64,000 nucleotides of DNA from Trypanosoma brucei (Eukaryota): assembly GCA_000002445.1 (NCBI GenBank), contig CH464491.1:4992001-5056000 (forward strand), given 5' to 3'. The number at the start of each line of letters is the position of its first letter. Within the stretch, counting starts at the first letter, position 1. Made by a program: the position numbers and the translations under genes. The notes beneath the pieces were generated by a model, which was not told the origin of the DNA, did not search any database, and saw only the letters and a list, made by a program, of their open reading frames with translations. This document shows, piece by piece, positions 1 through 12,653 of the stretch.

Positions 1-553
1 TTGCGCATTGCTCGCCGTCTATTATTGTGCCTGAGCGAATCTGGTGATCGTTGTCTGTTGAACCGACTATGCATTTGTTGTTGGTTGCTGCTGTCGCTTT
101 TATCAGCACCTCGAGATATTCGTCGATGCGTCCTTTTAGGTATGATCCCGTTGCAGTTGCTTTAATTTGGTTTAGCACCTGCGAAGCTTTGAGCGTTTCC
201 CTGGCGTTGTTAGCTCTCGTGTGTAGCGCTGCTGCTAATAAAGTCACTGAGTCGGCTTCTGAAGAACCGAAGTTTTTGGCGGCATAAACTTGCATACGCA
301 GCGCCGCTACATGCGTTTTTTCTATGTTGGTTAATGCGGTCTCAAGGCCGTTTGCAGCTGCTCCAGGCATGTCGCCTAGCTCTGTGCTCAGCTTGCAAAG
401 GGGTGACCACACTTTTTTAGTTAGGCCCGTGCCGCCGTTGATCGCCTCTGCTAGCTGCGGAGCTGCACTTAGTAGAAACGCTGCTGTGACTACTGCTTTG
501 CATCGTTTTGAGTTTGTCGAGTAACTTGCCGCTGTTCTGTGCTTTGTGTCGTT
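1..553 (-). CDS. VSG: VSG (a-type N-terminal domain), 5' part; runs off the window start
   Basis: My minus-strand translation from an ATG (plus-strand 'cat' near 551-553) gives MLNDTKHRTAASYSTNSKRCKAVVTAAFLLSAAPQLAEAINGGTGLTKKVWSPLCKLSTELGDMPGAAANGLETALTNIEK... with the a-type LC.L motif and no stop before the window edge. It is absent from the ORF track because it is open at the edge. Confidence 0.7.
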
Positions 554-1904
554 GAGCATGGTGTTTTTTTTTTGGAATGTTAGGTTGCAGGTGTCCTGTC
601 TTTGTGCTCGCCCGATTAGGTATGCGGGCGCCGCCGGCAGCTGAGCGTTGTCTCAGATGGCTTGCGGCCTAGTGAGTTTGCTTTTTGCCGTGTCGGGCTT
701 CTTGCGGCCGTCTAGCTTTAATTGTGAAAAAAAAGGATAGCTGTATCATCTGTTTTCGACTCCATAGTGTCAGCCTCTAAGTTAAATAGTAAATCACACA
801 CTGTTTCAATCGCACAACATTTACACGCCTTTCATACACAAATTTGGCATATACGTTGTTACAAAAAGCAACCATTGTTTTCTATAAATCACTAAAAATC
901 CATGTATTTAAAGAAAATTCCATTTTTTCAATAGCTTGTATCATTATCTGATTTGAATGCACCACTTTGACATGTAAAAACAAGATAGCGTCGTTTATTG
1001 ATGGTGATACAGTTACCGTTCTGTGCCTGATGGAGGTCATCTGGCTGCGTGTCTCGATTTTGGTGTTGGTTAAAGCCGGATAATATGGATCTCAAAAGTG
1101 TTTTCTCTTTCTTGTTTGCTTATGCGTTTTCTTAACCGCTTTTCTGCAGTTATCCCCATAAGAATTACATGATTTGTGTAAGCTCCTAATTTTTGGCTAT
1201 TAAAATAATAGAGAGTTGGAGGAGTATCACCATTTATCTTCTCTATTTCCTAAATTTGCACTTTCGTTTCATATATATATATATATATATATTGCATTTC
1301 AACAGTTACCATCAATTTATTCTTCTGCTATCCACGATTATTCATTATTAATCTTAGTCTTAAATTATCTTCCCGATAATATTATATTAATTGAAATAAA
1401 TGTTTACCGTTATTAATATATGTTGTAAAAGGAAATTTTTGACATTTCCTCACACTTACCAAATTCCTTCTTTCTGCTCCTGCTCCTTCACAGTTTGACA
1501 TAAGTAAATGCCATCTGATTTAAAATCACAGACTCTATCATTATTTTTACTGTTGCATCTATCTAGTTTTAGACGAAATATGCATTTAAATCTTCTGTAT
1601 CCTTTTTCTCTGTGGTACGACCTTCCTAATATACAAGTTTTAGTTTGTATTTCTTCTCTTTGTTTTATGTTGTTGCTCCTCCTAATAACAAAGCGACTTT
1701 ATTTGGTCTGTACGGTGTAAGCTGGCTTTTGACGATTGAAACCTCCATCATCTCATTATGTATGATTATTTCACAGTCATGTTTATATTTGAAACTGCGG
1801 GTTTTCCGCTCATCTTCTTGTGTTTTTGCATTTACTTAATAATACACTTTGCACTCTTGTCATTGTTTTAAGTACTACCTTTTGCGCCCATTTGCTCTTT
1901 ACCA

Positions 1905-1987
1905 CTATTATTATTACGATAATATTCGTATATATACACACTCACAACAGTCTCTTATCATTATCATCCTTATTATTATTATAAACC
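1905..1987 (-). repeat. 70-bp repeat (single copy) upstream of the VSG at 1-553
   Basis: ATAATATTCGTATATATACACACTCACAACAGTCTCTTATCATTATCATCC flanked by TTA/TAA triplets. It is the reverse complement of the canonical T. brucei 70-bp repeat core GAGTGTTGTGAGTGTGTATATACGAATATTAT. Confidence 0.8.
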
Positions 1988-2310
1988 TAACTAATATACA
2001 TAAAACAAAGTATATAATCTGAAGTAGAATATCACTTATTTCTCATACTTGTACATTATCATTACTCTGATTTAAAACCATATGTCACTTTTATACAAAT
2101 TTTGCTCAATTTTTTAGTTTTTTCAAATTTTCAAATGTTTGAAAAAACGTTTTAACATATACCGAAAATATCAAATTTACCAAGCTCTCTCAAAATAGAG
2201 AGTTTCCTAAATTTTAAAATGTTGAGAAAAATCTTTAAAAAATTCTATCAAATTCAAAAAGCCGCAGCCATACTCAGATCTAATTTATAATTGACGAGAA
2301 ATGTAGCACT

Positions 2311-3812
2311 TCAACATTTAACTTTGTCCTTTTCATCCTCGTTACCTTTCCCATTTCTCCATCCACAATACTTTTTTCCATCCTTGTTTACTGCCTCAAA
2401 AAAAATCTGATTCTGGTGGCAAGAGTATTCAGGTTTCCCATCTTTCCCTCCTTTTTCTTGGTTTGCTTGTTGTTCTGCTTGTTTGGTTGCCTCAATGTAC
2501 ACCTTTTCTTGGAATCTGCTGCTTTGTCGTTCCATGCGCACTTTGAGTTTGCTGTACAATCTGTATCTGTTTCTTTTATGTTGCACTCTTCTTCCGCTTT
2601 TTGTGCCTTCTTTTGATCGCTGCCTTGATTCCTTGTCCCTGTTTTGCTTAGGTTAGTTGATGCAGTGAGTACTGGCGGGTGAGCCTCATCGAAACTTGCG
2701 CTTATGTACGCATCGCGACCTTGTCGGTTTAATGCTAGTAGAGCATTTTTGAGTGCTGCCGCATGGAACGCTGCGGCTTGTGGCTCCTTCAAATCTTTTG
2801 CGGCCTCTTCTAGTGCTGTCAGCCATGGCAGCGTGCCGCCGCTTGTGCCTAGCTGCATTTTGTAGTTGGCACATTGTTTTTGCCCTGCTGTTCCATCGCA
2901 AGTGCCGGCGGTAGTTTTTCCCAAAGTGAACCTACCGTTCGCTGCCGTGGTTCCGCCACTCAGTTGGCCGATCCTTGCTCTGACGGCCGCGATGGCTGCA
3001 GCTATTGTCGTGTCTGTTGCCTGTGTCGGTTTGGGTTGCAACTTGCATTTATTCACGATATTGCCCCAAGCTGTCGTGGCCGCGCCGCCTTGGCTTCCTG
3101 CGTTTTGTACCTGCTCTGTTAGTCCATCTTCGCATTCCTGTTGGGCTGCGCCGCTCTCACCGGTGCAGATACAGATTAGAGCCGCAGCGAGCGATTTTCC
3201 GGCGTCCGCGTGGCCGGCCGCATTGTTGCCACATGTGTTGTGCCGCGCGGTTTCTGCAAACTCTGCGGCGTTGAACGTTGTTTTGCCTGGGCCGAAAATA
3301 GCTTCGGTTATTTTTGTTTCAACTGCGGTTTTTTTAGCTTTTATGAGCTGTACCTGTGCGTCGTAATTCTGCACGATCTGTTCGCTTTGGTTTAGTAGGC
3401 GATAAATTCTTAGGTTGGCTTTTTGTCGTGCTGGTGTGTTGACAAGTCGTCTGTAGAGTTGCTTTCCGTCGTGCTGCTTCTTGACGATCTCCTGGTTGTG
3501 CGCTTTCCACTTCTGCAGGTTGGCTTCATCTGTTGATTTATCTGGTTTTACGAATCTGCCGTCACCGTGTTAAAACCAGCTGTTTCTTGCTGTTGAAATA
3601 TTAATATTTGTCAGTTCTTCTACTATCTGTTCTCCTTTTTCGAAGATCCCCAAGTTTGTAATCTTGTCTTTCGCCTCATAAATATTGTATACGTGGCAAA
3701 GGATGTTGAAGTCAGCGGCATTGTCCAGCGCCGCTCCTTGCGCCTGTCGAAGCCTTTCCTTGTATATTAGAACGTTTAATACAAGCAGTAGGCGTTGGAA
3801 AGTGCGGCTCAT
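2311..3812 (-). pseudogene. VSG: VSG pseudogene: N-terminus at 3812, a-type N-domain, C-terminal domain frameshifted
   Basis: ORFs 3570-3812 (signal/LC.L region ...ALDNAADFNILCHVYNI), 2388-3374 (N-domain with Cys pairs) and 2311-2586 (C-terminal domain ...KYCGWRNGKGNEDEKDKVKC) lie in shifted frames. A degenerate 16-mer sits near 2140-2165. Confidence 0.8.
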
Positions 3813-3829
3813 CTTCTAATCTCTCCTTA

Positions 3830-5406
3830 TTAGTGGAAGAAAAACGGCAAAGTCTGTGGTTTTCCCTCTAGATCCCTCGCTTCTATTTCGAAGCACAGGA
3901 AATATTGCAGCTTGTTCCATGTACCTCTCAGCTGCGTATCTGGGGCTGCACTAAGCAACACGCCACTACAATGTTCCATCAGCATTGCTAATGCCTGTAA
4001 TACTGAAATGTTTAGCGATAAAGTTTCCATGTCTGTACTTCTGTGAAGCACAGAGTGGTAGCGTCGAATATGTCTAGCCTTGCTTCCGCGATTTATACTC
4101 TTCTCAGAGCCTCCTCTTTTTGGCACTTCCTTTGCTTTGTATTCACAATCTTTGTCCTTTTTGTATTTACTTTCGGTCGTGTTTCCTTTGCATTTCTGTG
4201 CAGTACTGCTTACGGCTACTGCTATTGTTGGTTTCGGCCTGGCCTTGGACATTTTCTCGCTTCGGAAATAAGTGTTGGCGGTGTCTGCGTTTGGTTTGAG
4301 TGCTGGTTCGCCTATCTTTTTTTCAGTTTCTTTTTTTGGGAAGCGGTAGCTGATTGATCTCTTGTTTATGTTATCAATAAACTTAGGCTTGAATTTGTTT
4401 TCCTCCTTGCCGAGCATCTCCTTGATATGGTCTTTGAAGTTCTTAGCTTCGCTTTCTTCTGTCCAGTCCGTGATGTTCCCGTATTTTTGTATTCCGTTTC
4501 TCAGTGCTGTAATGAAAGATTCATCGTTGGCTACCGTTTCGGGGGTTATGTCGTTTAAGATTTTTACTTTTTCTGCTGCTGCTTGTTGTTTGTGGCAGGA
4601 TGTTGCAAATAACACTTTTTTCTGTCTTTTTTGTCTCTGACATTTTGAATCTTCGCTGCGCAACTCTGTAAGCTTTGCAACGGTTGATATAGAGGCTCCG
4701 CTGTGGGGGTGGGTTTCGTCTGAGTCATTGGTGTAACGGTTGTGCAGCCGTCTACACCACTGCAGCTGCTTACTGTGTTCGCCCATGTTGTGCCGCTGCT
4801 GCCAGTGTCGGTACAGCTGCTGCTGATCATTGAGATTGAGAGAATTGGCCGTTGGTGTGCGAGTTTCACCGTCGCGGTGTATTTATATTTCTTCCATGCA
4901 CTGCTGCCTGCTGCCTTCGGCTTGACGGCAGTATTTTCATCAGTCATTTCCTGGTCTGTGCACCGCGCTGCACCAGCTTGTGGCTTGCCAGTTTTCACTT
5001 TGAAGATGTTGGAATTTCCGGGCAGAGGTTTGCTGTCGGTCGCGTAAGTGATCACTGCATCCGTTAGGACTCCCATTAGAAAACCCTCACGCTCTCGAAG
5101 GTTGAGGGTCGCATCGAGAAACAGCTCGGCCCTGCTTGCTTGTGTAGTTTCCGATACTTTTGCTGCTGCTGGTTTTGCATATGCCGCCAGTGCGTCAAGC
5201 ACACCGACGCAGTCATTGTTGGTAGATGCTGCTGCCGCTAATTCACAGTATTCTGCTTGATTTCCGAGGTTTGCAGTAATTTCCGGGGTAGAAACAAATT
5301 TTTTCACGTAGGCGTCTTTCATATCGCGGCTGAAAGCCGCTTTTTCGCACGGTGTCTTGCTCCTGTCGTGCTCCGTGTCGTTTGTCTCGCTAGATGCTGC
5401 GGGCAC
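3830..5406 (-). pseudogene. VSG: VSG pseudogene (b-type N-domain, no recognisable signal peptide), directly abutting the next VSG
   Basis: ORF 4564-5406 (...EITANLGNQAEYCELAAA..., N-domain) and ORF 3830-4786 (...ETVANDESFITALRNGIQKYGNITDW... plus a Cys-rich C-terminal domain) overlap in different frames. The stop at 3830 is only 18 bp from the start of the VSG at 3812. Confidence 0.7.
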
Positions 5407-6477
5407 GTCGTCACTATTGTCACAACGGTGACTATACAGAACATATTGGTATGCAGTTGTGCACGCTTCACCTTGTTGTTGTTGTTTTTCAATCTTTCTT
5501 CGTTTTCAGCCGTTCGGTTGGGATCTATGTTAGAGGATTTAATTTTGTAATCTTGTCTGGTCTCCAGAATATCGTGTTCTTGAGAAAGTTGTTTTAGGTT
5601 TGGCAAGCAACGGCGATGACGCTGCACAACTTCTAGTCTTTACATTTAAAACTCTGCCTTAAACCTGTTTTCACTATTCTACCTTGTCCATTCTCTAGTA
5701 CATCAAACTTACCACCGCTCGCAGGCCTCAGTGGGTTTTTATTTTTATTTTGTATTGAAAACATGTTTATATCCAAAACGCTAAGTTTTATGACTGGTAG
5801 TGGGACCCCTTTCTACAGTTTCATATACTTTTCTAACCGACGGGAGAAAAAATCAATGAAGTTTTTTTCAAGGGAACGATCTCCCTTTGGTCTTTGTTTT
5901 TTATAATGTGGTGGGTCTTTGTAGCGGTGTCATTTAATAGTCGAAAGTATTGGTGATGAAAACTCTTTTTATTCTGCTTTTTCTTTTATTATTTGTGCTG
6001 CTGCTCGATGACCACAGATCACCCTTGTATGAATTACCATCTTTTAACAGCCTTAATGTTTTTCCGTTGGGAAAATACGGTAGAGGTGGCGTGTCATTTT
6101 TGCCTTTCCTTACTTCATAAATCTATTCTACTGTTTCCCATCAATGGTTTCTTATTCCTTTCTCAGTGATTTTCAATATGCTTTAGCGAGAAGCTGCTCC
6201 ATCTTCTTTTGTTGTGAACGACGAAGAAAGGTCATCTTCTCACAAAAATACCATCGCCGTTCATTAGTAAAGCCTCCTCGTTGTTTATAATGATATATTC
6301 TTCATTTCTGCGTTTGAAGTTGTGTATAATCTGCCTCCCCCTCAATTTTCATAATAATAATAATATCCTTACTCTCTCTTTATCGTTGTTCCTCACTCAC
6401 GTAATATCATTTCATACTTTTTATTGTTTCAAAATCATCACCTTTTATTTCTATCTATTTGGTCTTGGCTACTAACA

Positions 6478-6595
6478 TTATAATACGAGTATACACACAC
6501 ACTCACAACACTCTTCTATTATTATTATTATTATTATTGTTATTGTTATTATTATTATTATTATTTATTACTATTACTATTACTATTACTGTCAT
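6478..6595 (-). repeat. 70-bp repeat tract (1-2 copies with a TAA/TTG triplet run)
   Basis: GTATACACACACACTCACAACACTCTTCTATTATTATTATTATTATTGTTATTGTT... Confidence 0.85.
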
Positions 6596-6832
6596 AACCC
6601 TACCTAATATCCATGAATTTAACACAATAAACAAAATTAGAAATATTTTCATAATAGCACTCACTTATTATACAATAATACAGTATTATTTTTCACCCAT
6701 ATGACATATTATACATATTTTACAATTTTTTCTTTCCCAAAATTTTACAGTTTGCACTTTTTTTGGAAATTACTGTCAAATTAGAAAAATTTTATAAGTT
6801 TTATTAAGTTGATGAAAAAGTTTTTATAAAAT

Positions 6833-8299
6833 TAATTCTAGAAGAAAACCTTTAAGCCAAAGAGTGGCTTTATTAATTAAAAAACAATTTCTTTCTGTGG
6901 TGTTTGTGTTGTTTCTACCATTTTCAGCTTTCATTTCCTCTTTAGCCTTGCAGTTTCCAGCTTTAAATTCAAACCTATCCTTATCATTGCATTCTCCATC
7001 GTCTTTTTCTTCCTTGCAATTTTCCCCATTTTTGGAATCAATTGTTTTTGTGGGCGCAACTTTCTTTTCTCCTTAAAGTTCCTTCTTAATTCTTAGACCC
7101 TCCAAGTGACTTAAAGTTGATGCCATGTTTGCGGCTGATATCAAGTCGTTGATTCTCTTATTTTCTGGTTCTCCGTCTCGCCTGAACGCAACATTATCTT
7201 CTTCGAGTTTCGTTATGAAATTTCTAACAAAGTCATTTACTTCATCACCGTAAGCTGTTGTTATGTATTCTACTAACTTTTTTGCTTTCTGGTCGTCATT
7301 TATGTCATCGAGTTCGTGGAAGTCAGGGTTGCAGTTCCGTAAGATTCTCCTAATCGTTTTGTCAGCTGCTAAAGTACTGCCTTTGAAGTTTTTCATGCTC
7401 GCTGGCTTCGGCGCCGCTGCTTTTAGCGCGAAGCAGAGCCTTTGTGCCAGATTTTCCCGTGTTGGCGAAGTTTTCGTTACCTTGTTGTGGGCTTCTTCGC
7501 AGCTTGTTGTTCGCTCCTCTTCCTTGAAGACACTTTTTTCCGTCTGAGCTGCGGCTGTATTCGATTTTGTTGGTGCCCACGTCCATGATGCGCTGCCCCC
7601 GACTTGACGAGCCGCAAGCCTCGTCTGTATGGTCTTTACGCCTGTGTTGTCCGGGCAGCTTGAACTTAATGTTTTGCCCGTTAGTTTCGTGATCTTCATC
7701 ATTGCAGCTAGCTTGCTTGCGTCCGTTAGCTTTAGTTCAGTTATCTTGTCGATGTCAATGTCATCGAAAGGGTGCGAAGTAGCTTTGCCAGTCCCATCCA
7801 GCTCGCACCCGGCGTCGCCGCCGGCAACTACCTTGAAGTTGAGTTCTACAGAGCTGCCTCCGGACGGTGCTGTCGTTTGTCCATCGTCGTGTCCGACCTT
7901 CATCGCTGCCGCTTGTTTTGTGGCTTCGACATAGCCAATGTGCTTTGTGATCAGGTCTAGAGCTTCTCTAATTGGTGTGGCGGCCCTCTGTTGCTCTCCT
8001 TTTAACTTCTCTAAGTCTTCCTCTGCTTTGCCAGCAAGCGCTAAGAGCAAACATCTTCGTCCGTGGCTGTTTGACCGAGCTGCGTGAAGTGTCCATATTT
8101 TTGACAGAGTTGTTAGCTCGGAGATAGCTGGCGATGATGTTGGTAGCTTGTTATTAAGATTTCCTTTTAGTAAATTAAGATACTGTAGTCAGTAGCAGAT
8201 GCTTTTCACTTTCTCCCTCTCGTCGGTTTGTGGCGTCGCTTCCGCTATAGCGGCTACTGCTAGTATGATCAGGCTTAGGTGCGTCAGTCGCGTTGTCAT
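6833..8299 (-). pseudogene. VSG: VSG (a-type): 489 codons in a single frame with two in-frame stops
   Basis: Signal peptide MTTRLTHLSLIILAVAAIAEA from an ATG at 8297-8299, then a TGA at 8189-8191. The N-domain is ORF 7073-8050 (TTG-initiated in the track), then a TAA at 7073-7075. The C-terminal domain continues in the same frame: GEKKVAPTKTIDSKNGENCKEEKDDGECNDKDRFEFKAGNCKAKEEMKAENGRNNTNTTERNCFLINKATLWLKGFLLEL*. Confidence 0.8.
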
Positions 8300-9398
8300 T
8301 TTGTTCTTGTATTCCCTTATGTTTTTCGGGCCAAAACAGCAGTCGATGATTTATACGACATAGATAGTTGGGTGCCGAGCGTAGTCTAGTAGGTTTGCGT
8401 CTCATGCTTCAGATGTTTGTGATTGTTCATATATTTCTATGGTGAAGCTTGCTTTTTAGTTCAAAAGCAATAGAAGTTGCTGCATATTCCACGTTTTGCG
8501 TCGTTCGCCGCTGTCTCTGCTGCCGTGCGGCGATTGTGCTCTGCTTCTGGTCATACGCGAGTGAGTTTATCAAGGGAAAGAGAACCTACCTTGTACCCTA
8601 GCGATGTGTAGTTAATTTAGTTGGTTTCACCGCTTGTTTTCAACACTGGTTGGCTGCAATTGCGGCTGCGTTGTGTATGAGAAATATATGGGAGGAAAAT
8701 TAAAGGTATTTTCCATGTCGGTTGCAGATGCTTGTTGCTTTTCATGGGTTGTTTTTGGACTTTGAGTTGTTCAGTCGAGCTTTTTAATCGCTGAAAGATG
8801 TGGCTGAGCTCTATATTACTACCATGCCGCATAAAAACAATGTAGTCGATAACTTCCCTTTTCCGCTTCTCTTCTGGTCTCAAGCGCCTAAATTCTTGCC
8901 GTTCTCCTTGAAAACTCGCTTTTTGGAACCCTTTTACACTATGTATTGCTGTCGAACACGGCTTTACCTCTGCTGTCTTGCTAGTGGCTGGTGCTTTTGT
9001 CTGCTTCCTAGACGTTGTTTTTGTTTGAAAACTACTTGGTAATCTCCACATTTATTCTGGATTCAAGCATATCTTGATGACTCGCGGTCTTTTTATTCTT
9101 TTTCGTCCTTTTTTTGCTCTAGGTCTGTGATTTGATTGCATTGCATCAATTTTTCCCCAAGCTTTTTTCATGGTGCTGGCTGTTCTGACTGTTATCGCCG
9201 TGCCGGCGTGCCTGATGTTGCTTTTATTTTTACGAAACTCCTCATGATGTCCATCGGTGGTGGTGAATTGCTTTGTTAAAGGTTTTTTATTGCCTTTATG
9301 CCGACTGAAATTAACATGTGGCATTTATGGGCTACGCTGCTTGTAGACTGCTGGCCATTTCCACCTGTGAGCTTGTCAAAACCTGTGGCCTTCAAGTT

Positions 9399-9950
9399 CT
9401 AGGTTGGGAGCGTTGTTTTAACCGACAGATGTTCGCTTCTTAGCTCTGGGAAGCTGAGCGCAGGTAGCGAGTTTGATGCTGTCTGTTTTTCATTGCTGCC
9501 TTTCCAACAAGTTCCAGTGCCTCCACCTGCCGAAGTTTTGATCAGAAAATTTGTGAATTCGATCACACCACCTATTTGTTTGCCCGTGTTTAGTGACACT
9601 AGCAGTTCTAAGCGTACTGCTATCTGTAAATCGGTTAATGCTGTTTCTACGCACCGGTGGGTTTCTGCAGCTGTCTCCAGAGGTAAGGCTGTTGTATTAT
9701 TGTCTGTCGCTGCTTTACTTGCTAGAAAAGTCATTAACTGTGCTTTGTTACCTTCTAGTTCTTCCATTAGTAATTTATTTTGTTTGGTTAGAGCTACAGC
9801 AGGTATGGCTTCCAGGACTTTTGCTCCCGCGCATACTTTTTCAACTTCCGCCTCTGAAAAAGGTTTGGCTGTTTCTTCACTGCAGGGAAATGCACTGATT
9901 AGTAACACTGCCGATACCAAAGGTGCAGGCAAAACCATCGGATATGTTGA
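9399..9950 (-). pseudogene. VSG: VSG N-terminal fragment (signal peptide plus about 170 aa), truncated
   Basis: ORF 9399-10034: ...MVLPAPLVSAVLLISAFPCSEETAKPFSEAEVEKVCAGAKVLEAIPAVALTKQNKLLMEELEGNKAQL... No VSG-like continuation downstream. Confidence 0.65.
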
Positions 9951-10769
9951 GTACATTCTTTCGTCCTGTCTGGTGTTATATGTGTGAATTGTACTAAAAA
10001 GCAAAATCGAGAGATATTGGATTGTATGTTGCACCGTCAGTTTTAAGACCTGTTTTCTTTTAGAGAAGTTAGTAGAAAGTGGTCGTAAAGTGAGTTTCTG
10101 CAGCGTAAATGTAGCGTCGCTAGGCCGTGCTTCGCTAGCTACTTAGATAAACTGTCTCGCTGTCGACCAAAGTGCTTATTCTGCACACCTACACAAATTT
10201 TATTGCATCTTCGGTTTTTTCTTCATGTATAATGACCCTCTCCCAGTTAGAATCCATTCTACCAAAGCAGAAACCACAACATTTTTCTGCGAACACACCC
10301 TATTGAACCTACTTTTTAACATTAGCCGATGCCGTAAAAGTATTAGCCACAGTTTGACACCATTGACGTTGTTTTATTATTCCAGTTTTGAGTAAAATAC
10401 AGCCTATTATTGACTCTTTCACATCCTATTTTGTATTATTGTCTTTTTTGCTGATAAAGCGTGTTTCATTGTTTTATTATGTTTTATTCTGTTTTATTAT
10501 TATTTTTAGTTTACTGTGTTTATGACCCTTACATAGTGTCTCCGTTTGTTATGTACATTAAACTATTTCACCCTCGTTATTTCCTACACCGTCTTCTTGT
10601 GTATTGTGACGCCAATCACCATATCTGTCTTAACATTGCGCATATTAATTTCTTCCCTGTGTCTCTCTCTATAATGTTCCTCGCGCACTTTTTCTCGCTC
10701 TTACTCAACTAGAGAAATTATTTTGTGCCATCTTTTGCGTGATTCAATTTTTTCTATCCATTATATATT

Positions 10770-10862
10770 TTATTATTACTACTACTCTTATTATTACTGC
10801 TGTTATTAAAATATTAGTATATACATACAACACTCTCCTCTCATTATCATTATTACTATATA
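10770..10862 (-). repeat. 70-bp repeat (degenerate single copy)
   Basis: TATTAGTATATACATACAACACTCTCCTCTCATTATCATTATTACTA with flanking TTA triplets. Confidence 0.75.
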
Positions 10863-11010
10863 ACTATTTTTGTAACAGCAAAAATTTAGGGATAGCAGCC
10901 ATTTTTCATATCCTTTTACCTCAATGCTTTACACTCATATGCCACTTTTATATCACAATTTCATAATTTCATATTTTCGAAATTTTATTGATTTTTACAT
11001 TTCTTCAAAA

Positions 11011-11026
11011 GTGATAAAATATATCA
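11011..11026 (-). promoter_or_regulatory. VSG 3'UTR 16-mer (one mismatch)
   Basis: Plus strand GTGATAAAATATATCA is the reverse complement of TGATATATTTTATCAC, against the consensus TGATATATTTTAACAC. Confidence 0.6.
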
Positions 11027-11109
11027 CATTTAACAAATTATTTTAAATTTTACTTAAATTTTATAAATTTGAGTAAAAAATCTTAAAATCCTTAAAATAA
11101 TTCTAAACT

Positions 11110-12653
11110 CATAATAGCATCTGCAATCAAAGCAATTTTATTTTTACAAGAAAACTGGTATACTTTCAAATTTCTTTTTCCCATTTACACCTTTTTTCAG
11201 TAGCGTAAGTAGTTTTATTATCTACATGTTTAGCACATCCAGTTTTTGGTGCTGCTGTTCTTGCTCTTGTTTGGGTTTCTTGTTGCGTTTCATGTATCTC
11301 AATTAGTTTGAAGTGTTCTCCATCATCGTCATTTTTGCCTTTCCACTCACATGTTGGCTGTTTTTCCCTGCATTGCACTGCCGTCTGTATCGCTTCGCAT
11401 TGGTCTTTTTTCTGTTTCCCCTGTGCTTGTGTGCTTTTCTGCGCTGCTGTTGTGGTTTGTGCCATCGCCTGCGCGAGATGCTTGTGAAGTTCCAGCTCCG
11501 GTTTGAGATTGAATGCTTGGCCTTTTATGGCGGCCATCAGGCGTCTGAGGCCGTTTATCCGGTTCCGTGCCGCTTGTTGTTGCTGAACCTTTGTGGCGAC
11601 TTGTTTTATGCTTTGCAACCAGGGTATGTCTCTGGCCGCCTTTTGCTCTGCCTTTGCTGTCGCCTTGTAATACACGCAAACACCGCCGGACGACGCGCCG
11701 CCGCAGTCTTTGGCCGTGAAGGTACCAAAGTAAGTTCCTTGGTTTTTCGTTTTGATTTTGGCTTGGAACTGCGCTGCCGGCGTTAGCAGCTCTGCGCTTG
11801 ATATTTCTTCCTGCGAGCTGTCTGGGCATTTTGAAATTAAGTCTTTTGTTGCTGTTTCGACCCCTGTTAGGCTTTACCGGCATTGTCGTTGTCTGCTTGT
11901 GTGTTTTCGCAGTACCTGACGTTGTCGCCGCCGTCCGTTTGTTCTCCGGCGAAAATACAGTATATGAACGCCGCAATTGTTTGAGCTTTTGCCGATGCAG
12001 TCGTATCGCCACAGAGATTCTTTCTTGTTGTTGCTTCGCCGTCGCTGCTCTTTATGTTGGATTCCGTTAGTTTGTTTTCGTTGTCTATGCCTGCTCCGAA
12101 GGCTGCTGATTTTAGCTCATTTTTGAGTTCGGCTGCAGTTAGCTTGGCACTGTTTTCTTGTACTATTTGCAGTTCGTCGACCGCGGCTGCTGCCTGCTCC
12201 GCTAGTGGTTGCAGCGCCGCGAGGTATTGTAGCCGCTGAGATTCGGTTGAAAATTTCAGTTGTGCTGCTTTTAATGTTTGCTTTGGTTGGCTCTCCCTTT
12301 CGAGCTCAGCCTCTGCGTCTGCCCAGTTGGCCCATCTCTTCATGTGAAGGCCATCCTCCTTACCGTCTTCTGGTTTGTACGGGTGCCTGGCATCGCCTTC
12401 GCCAGTCTTTCCAAACTTGTTGCGCCACTCGGGATTGCACAGTAACGCGTGCGTAACTTCTGGATTTGCTAGTATTCCGCTGTTGCCTGTTGAGTTTTGG
12501 GCAGGTCTGGAAACTGAAGCTTGTGTAGAGTGATTAATGTACAGAGATCGACAAAAAGGTGTGAGTGCTCGCCTGCTGCTAGTGCATCGCTGACGTCGCG
12601 CTTGCTAGAAGCAGTAGGATTGTGATTGTTGCTTGCGTGGTTTACGTCGGCAT
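11110..12653 (-). pseudogene. VSG: VSG pseudogene (b-type) with frameshifts and an early stop
   Basis: An ATG at 12651-12653 gives MPT* and then ...ITILLLLASATSA (signal). The N-domain ...ANPEVTHALLCNPEW...MKRWANWADAEAELE... is split over ORFs 11867-12343, 11347-12012 and 11166-11675 in different frames. The C-terminal domain ...EKRCKWEKEI ends in a degenerate GPI signal. Confidence 0.8.

Noticed and set aside
1269..1290. (TA)10 microsatellite
   Set aside because: Trivial simple repeat in an AT-rich spacer, with no further significance.
2388..3374. ORF-track 'M' starts taken as true initiation codons (for example 2388-3374, 7073-8050, 52899-53528)
   Set aside because: Checking the plus strand at 3372-3374 (cac, so GTG), 8048-8050 (caa, so TTG) and 53526-53528 (cac, so GTG) shows the track uses alternative start codons. 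These 'starts' are internal positions in longer VSG reading frames.
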